DNA of 64,000 nt, taken from Lingula anatina. Lineage: Eukaryota > Animalia > Brachiopoda. The position numbers and the translations under genes are program-made. Each line of letters starts with the position of its first letter. Position 1 is the stretch's first letter. Shown here piece by piece: positions 61,849 through 64,000 of this stretch. Under the pieces are notes generated by a model, which saw only the letters and a list, made by a program, of their open reading frames with translations, was not told the origin of the DNA and did no database searches. Location: contig CM120642.1 in NCBI GenBank assembly GCA_051362555.1, positions 20,336,001 to 20,400,000 on the forward strand, read 5' to 3'.

Positions 61849-64000
61849 GCACTTTTACCGATAACACGATAAGTGGAAAACCATTTTGCCTTTTGATTTG
61901 AAACTTGCAGAACTGATGAATATTCATAATACGCAGGTCAAGTTCGAAAATCAGCGTGATTGGGTCATTTTTAGTGAATTTAGGCTATTTTTTCTATTTT
62001 TTCAGCATATATGCAGCACCGATAACACGATAAGTGGAAAACCATTTTACCTTTTGGCTTGAAACTTACAGAACTGATAAATATTCATAATACGCAGGTC
62101 AAGTTCGAAAATCAGCACGATCGGGTCACTTATAGGGAATTTATGCTGTTTTTTCACTTTTTTCAGTATATATGCAACACTGATAACACAATATAAGAAA
62201 AACAGATTGGCCAATTGTCATTATACTCACAGGAGTGGTCAATCTTACTAAAACGCAGGTTGAGTTTGAAAATCAGCATAATCAGTCCATTATTTTAGAA
62301 GTTATGCTGTTTTTTCACATTTCCTCACATTCAATTCTTAGGCATGTTAACAGTCTCATTATTGAACTAATAAGATACGTAAAAGTGTTTGTTTGACATT
62401 TCCTGCATCTTTACAACATTGTTAGTTGATTTTGTAAAAATGATGGTAAACTTGTTATCATGTATTGTGTAATAAAGTGTCAAAAATGGAAATAAACTCA
62501 TATCATTGCAGTTTGTCAGATGCATTCATCCACTATGTTCAGAATCTCAGAATGGAGGAAGTTGGGCATTTAAAACTGTTCTATTGATACTTTTCCCATC
62601 AATTTCTCATCAATTTTCTTCATTGGTCATATAAAAATGGCAGTAAACTGTTTATTTTGTTTTATGTTTAAAAAGTGTTAAAAATGGAAATAAACCCATT
62701 TCAGAACAGTGCTGTATTGTTTACATTTTGGCATTTTCAATATGTGACTTTGAAGTTCCATGGGCCTGAAGGCTTTTGCTAGTCACATTTTCTGAATAAC
62801 CATGATACTAATATTTTATAATTAAAAATTGATGGTCATTATGCTGTAAAACATTATGTAATATTGCATGAAAATTTGAAGAAACCCCTATTTTGGGCAC
62901 TGCTCTGATGATGACCATTTAACAAAAATCATGTCAATTACTGTTCTCAAACTTACAGGAAAGAAACATGGGTCTAAAATACAGCTTCAGTATGCAATGC
63001 AGTCTGTTTGGTAAATTTTTCTGGCAATTAAACAGTTTTTTGTGAAAATTTAATTTTTCACATATTGGCATTTCCAAGGTGCGACTTAGAACCTCCACGG
63101 GCTTGAAGACCCGTGCTAGTCACATTTTGTGAAAATCCATGACACTTATATTTTATTATTAAAAATCGATGGTCATTATGCTGTTAAGCATTATGTAATG
63201 TTGCATCAAAATAGAAGAAAACACAATTTTTGGTGCTGCTGCCTTGATGACCATTATGGAAAAACCGTGTTACTTATGACTGTCAAACTTTCAAAAAAGA
63301 AACACAGGACTAAAATGCAGCCTGAGTTAGAAAAGCAGTCTAATTGGCTTCTTTTTCTGGAAGTTATACATTTTAGTGTTATATTCATTATCTTTTTTGG
63401 CATATTCATTGTGGGACTCGGAGCTCCCATGGACATGAAGCCAAATGGTAATCATATTTTCTACATGTCCATCCTATTTATAGTCAATAAACAAAAATTG
63501 GTGATAATTATTCTCTAATTTATTATGTATTGTTACATCAAAATTGACAATCTTTTTGCACTGCTACTGCAAACATTATGAAAAGAAAACTGTGCTACTT
63601 ATTATAATTTTAAATTTACAAGTACGATTTTTAGGATTGGCCTTCAGCTCATGAGAAAACCAGCTCTATTGGATTATCATGTTTATTGTATTTATGCATT
63701 TTTTGTGAAATTTTCATTTTTCTCATTCTGGCACTTTCTAAGTATAAACTTGAACTCTGATGGGCCTGAAGCCTTATGCTTTTACTTTCGTCTGTGTTAC
63801 CTGTTGTGCATAAGTTGATGTTGACTGTGCAGTTAAACATAATGTATTATTGCATCAGGATTGGTAGTCTCCTATTTTGGGCATTATGGTTTTGTGCTTT
63901 TCTTAAGGTGTGACTTATGGGCCTGAAGACCTTTGAGTGGGTCAGTCTGTAAATTACCCTTGGGTATCACTAGATTAATTTCAGAGTTATAAAGTCATTT

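Larger units (their letters stand above)
48943..64000 (+). mobile_element. Stack of nested or truncated HINE-like family A copies (5' ends at 48943, 49326, 51899, 53853, 60981; partial at 61753) enclosing the BEL element
   Basis: Repeated 5' hairpin + microsatellite + 161-bp arrays, each beginning in a T run of the preceding element; no 3' end before the window ends. Confidence 0.82.

Overview
AT-rich metazoan genomic DNA; the repeat content suggests a marine invertebrate, but that is inference. A single multi-exon gene runs on the + strand. I traced 31 phase-consistent GT-AG exons from 1497 to 40722 (4713 nt, about 1570 codons), with both gene ends outside the window. They encode a large Roco-family protein: Cys-rich zinc-binding-like motif, degenerate SPRY-like segments, LRRs with an embedded EF-hand loop, ROC GTPase and COR. 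The introns are inflated by mobile DNA: an antisense L1/Tx1-clade LINE with an open ORF2, a full-length but disrupted BEL/Pao LTR retrotransposon, and many co-oriented, nested copies of a Helentron-associated (HINE-like) element carrying 161-bp satellite arrays. There are also two further HINE-like families, an ISL2EU-like DNA transposon remnant, a TA-flanked TIR element and several MITEs. A 2.07-kb Ngaro-like mini-element encodes an SGNH hydrolase and carries an array of covarying double-hairpin modules. All calls come from reading the sequence by eye; no database searches were run.
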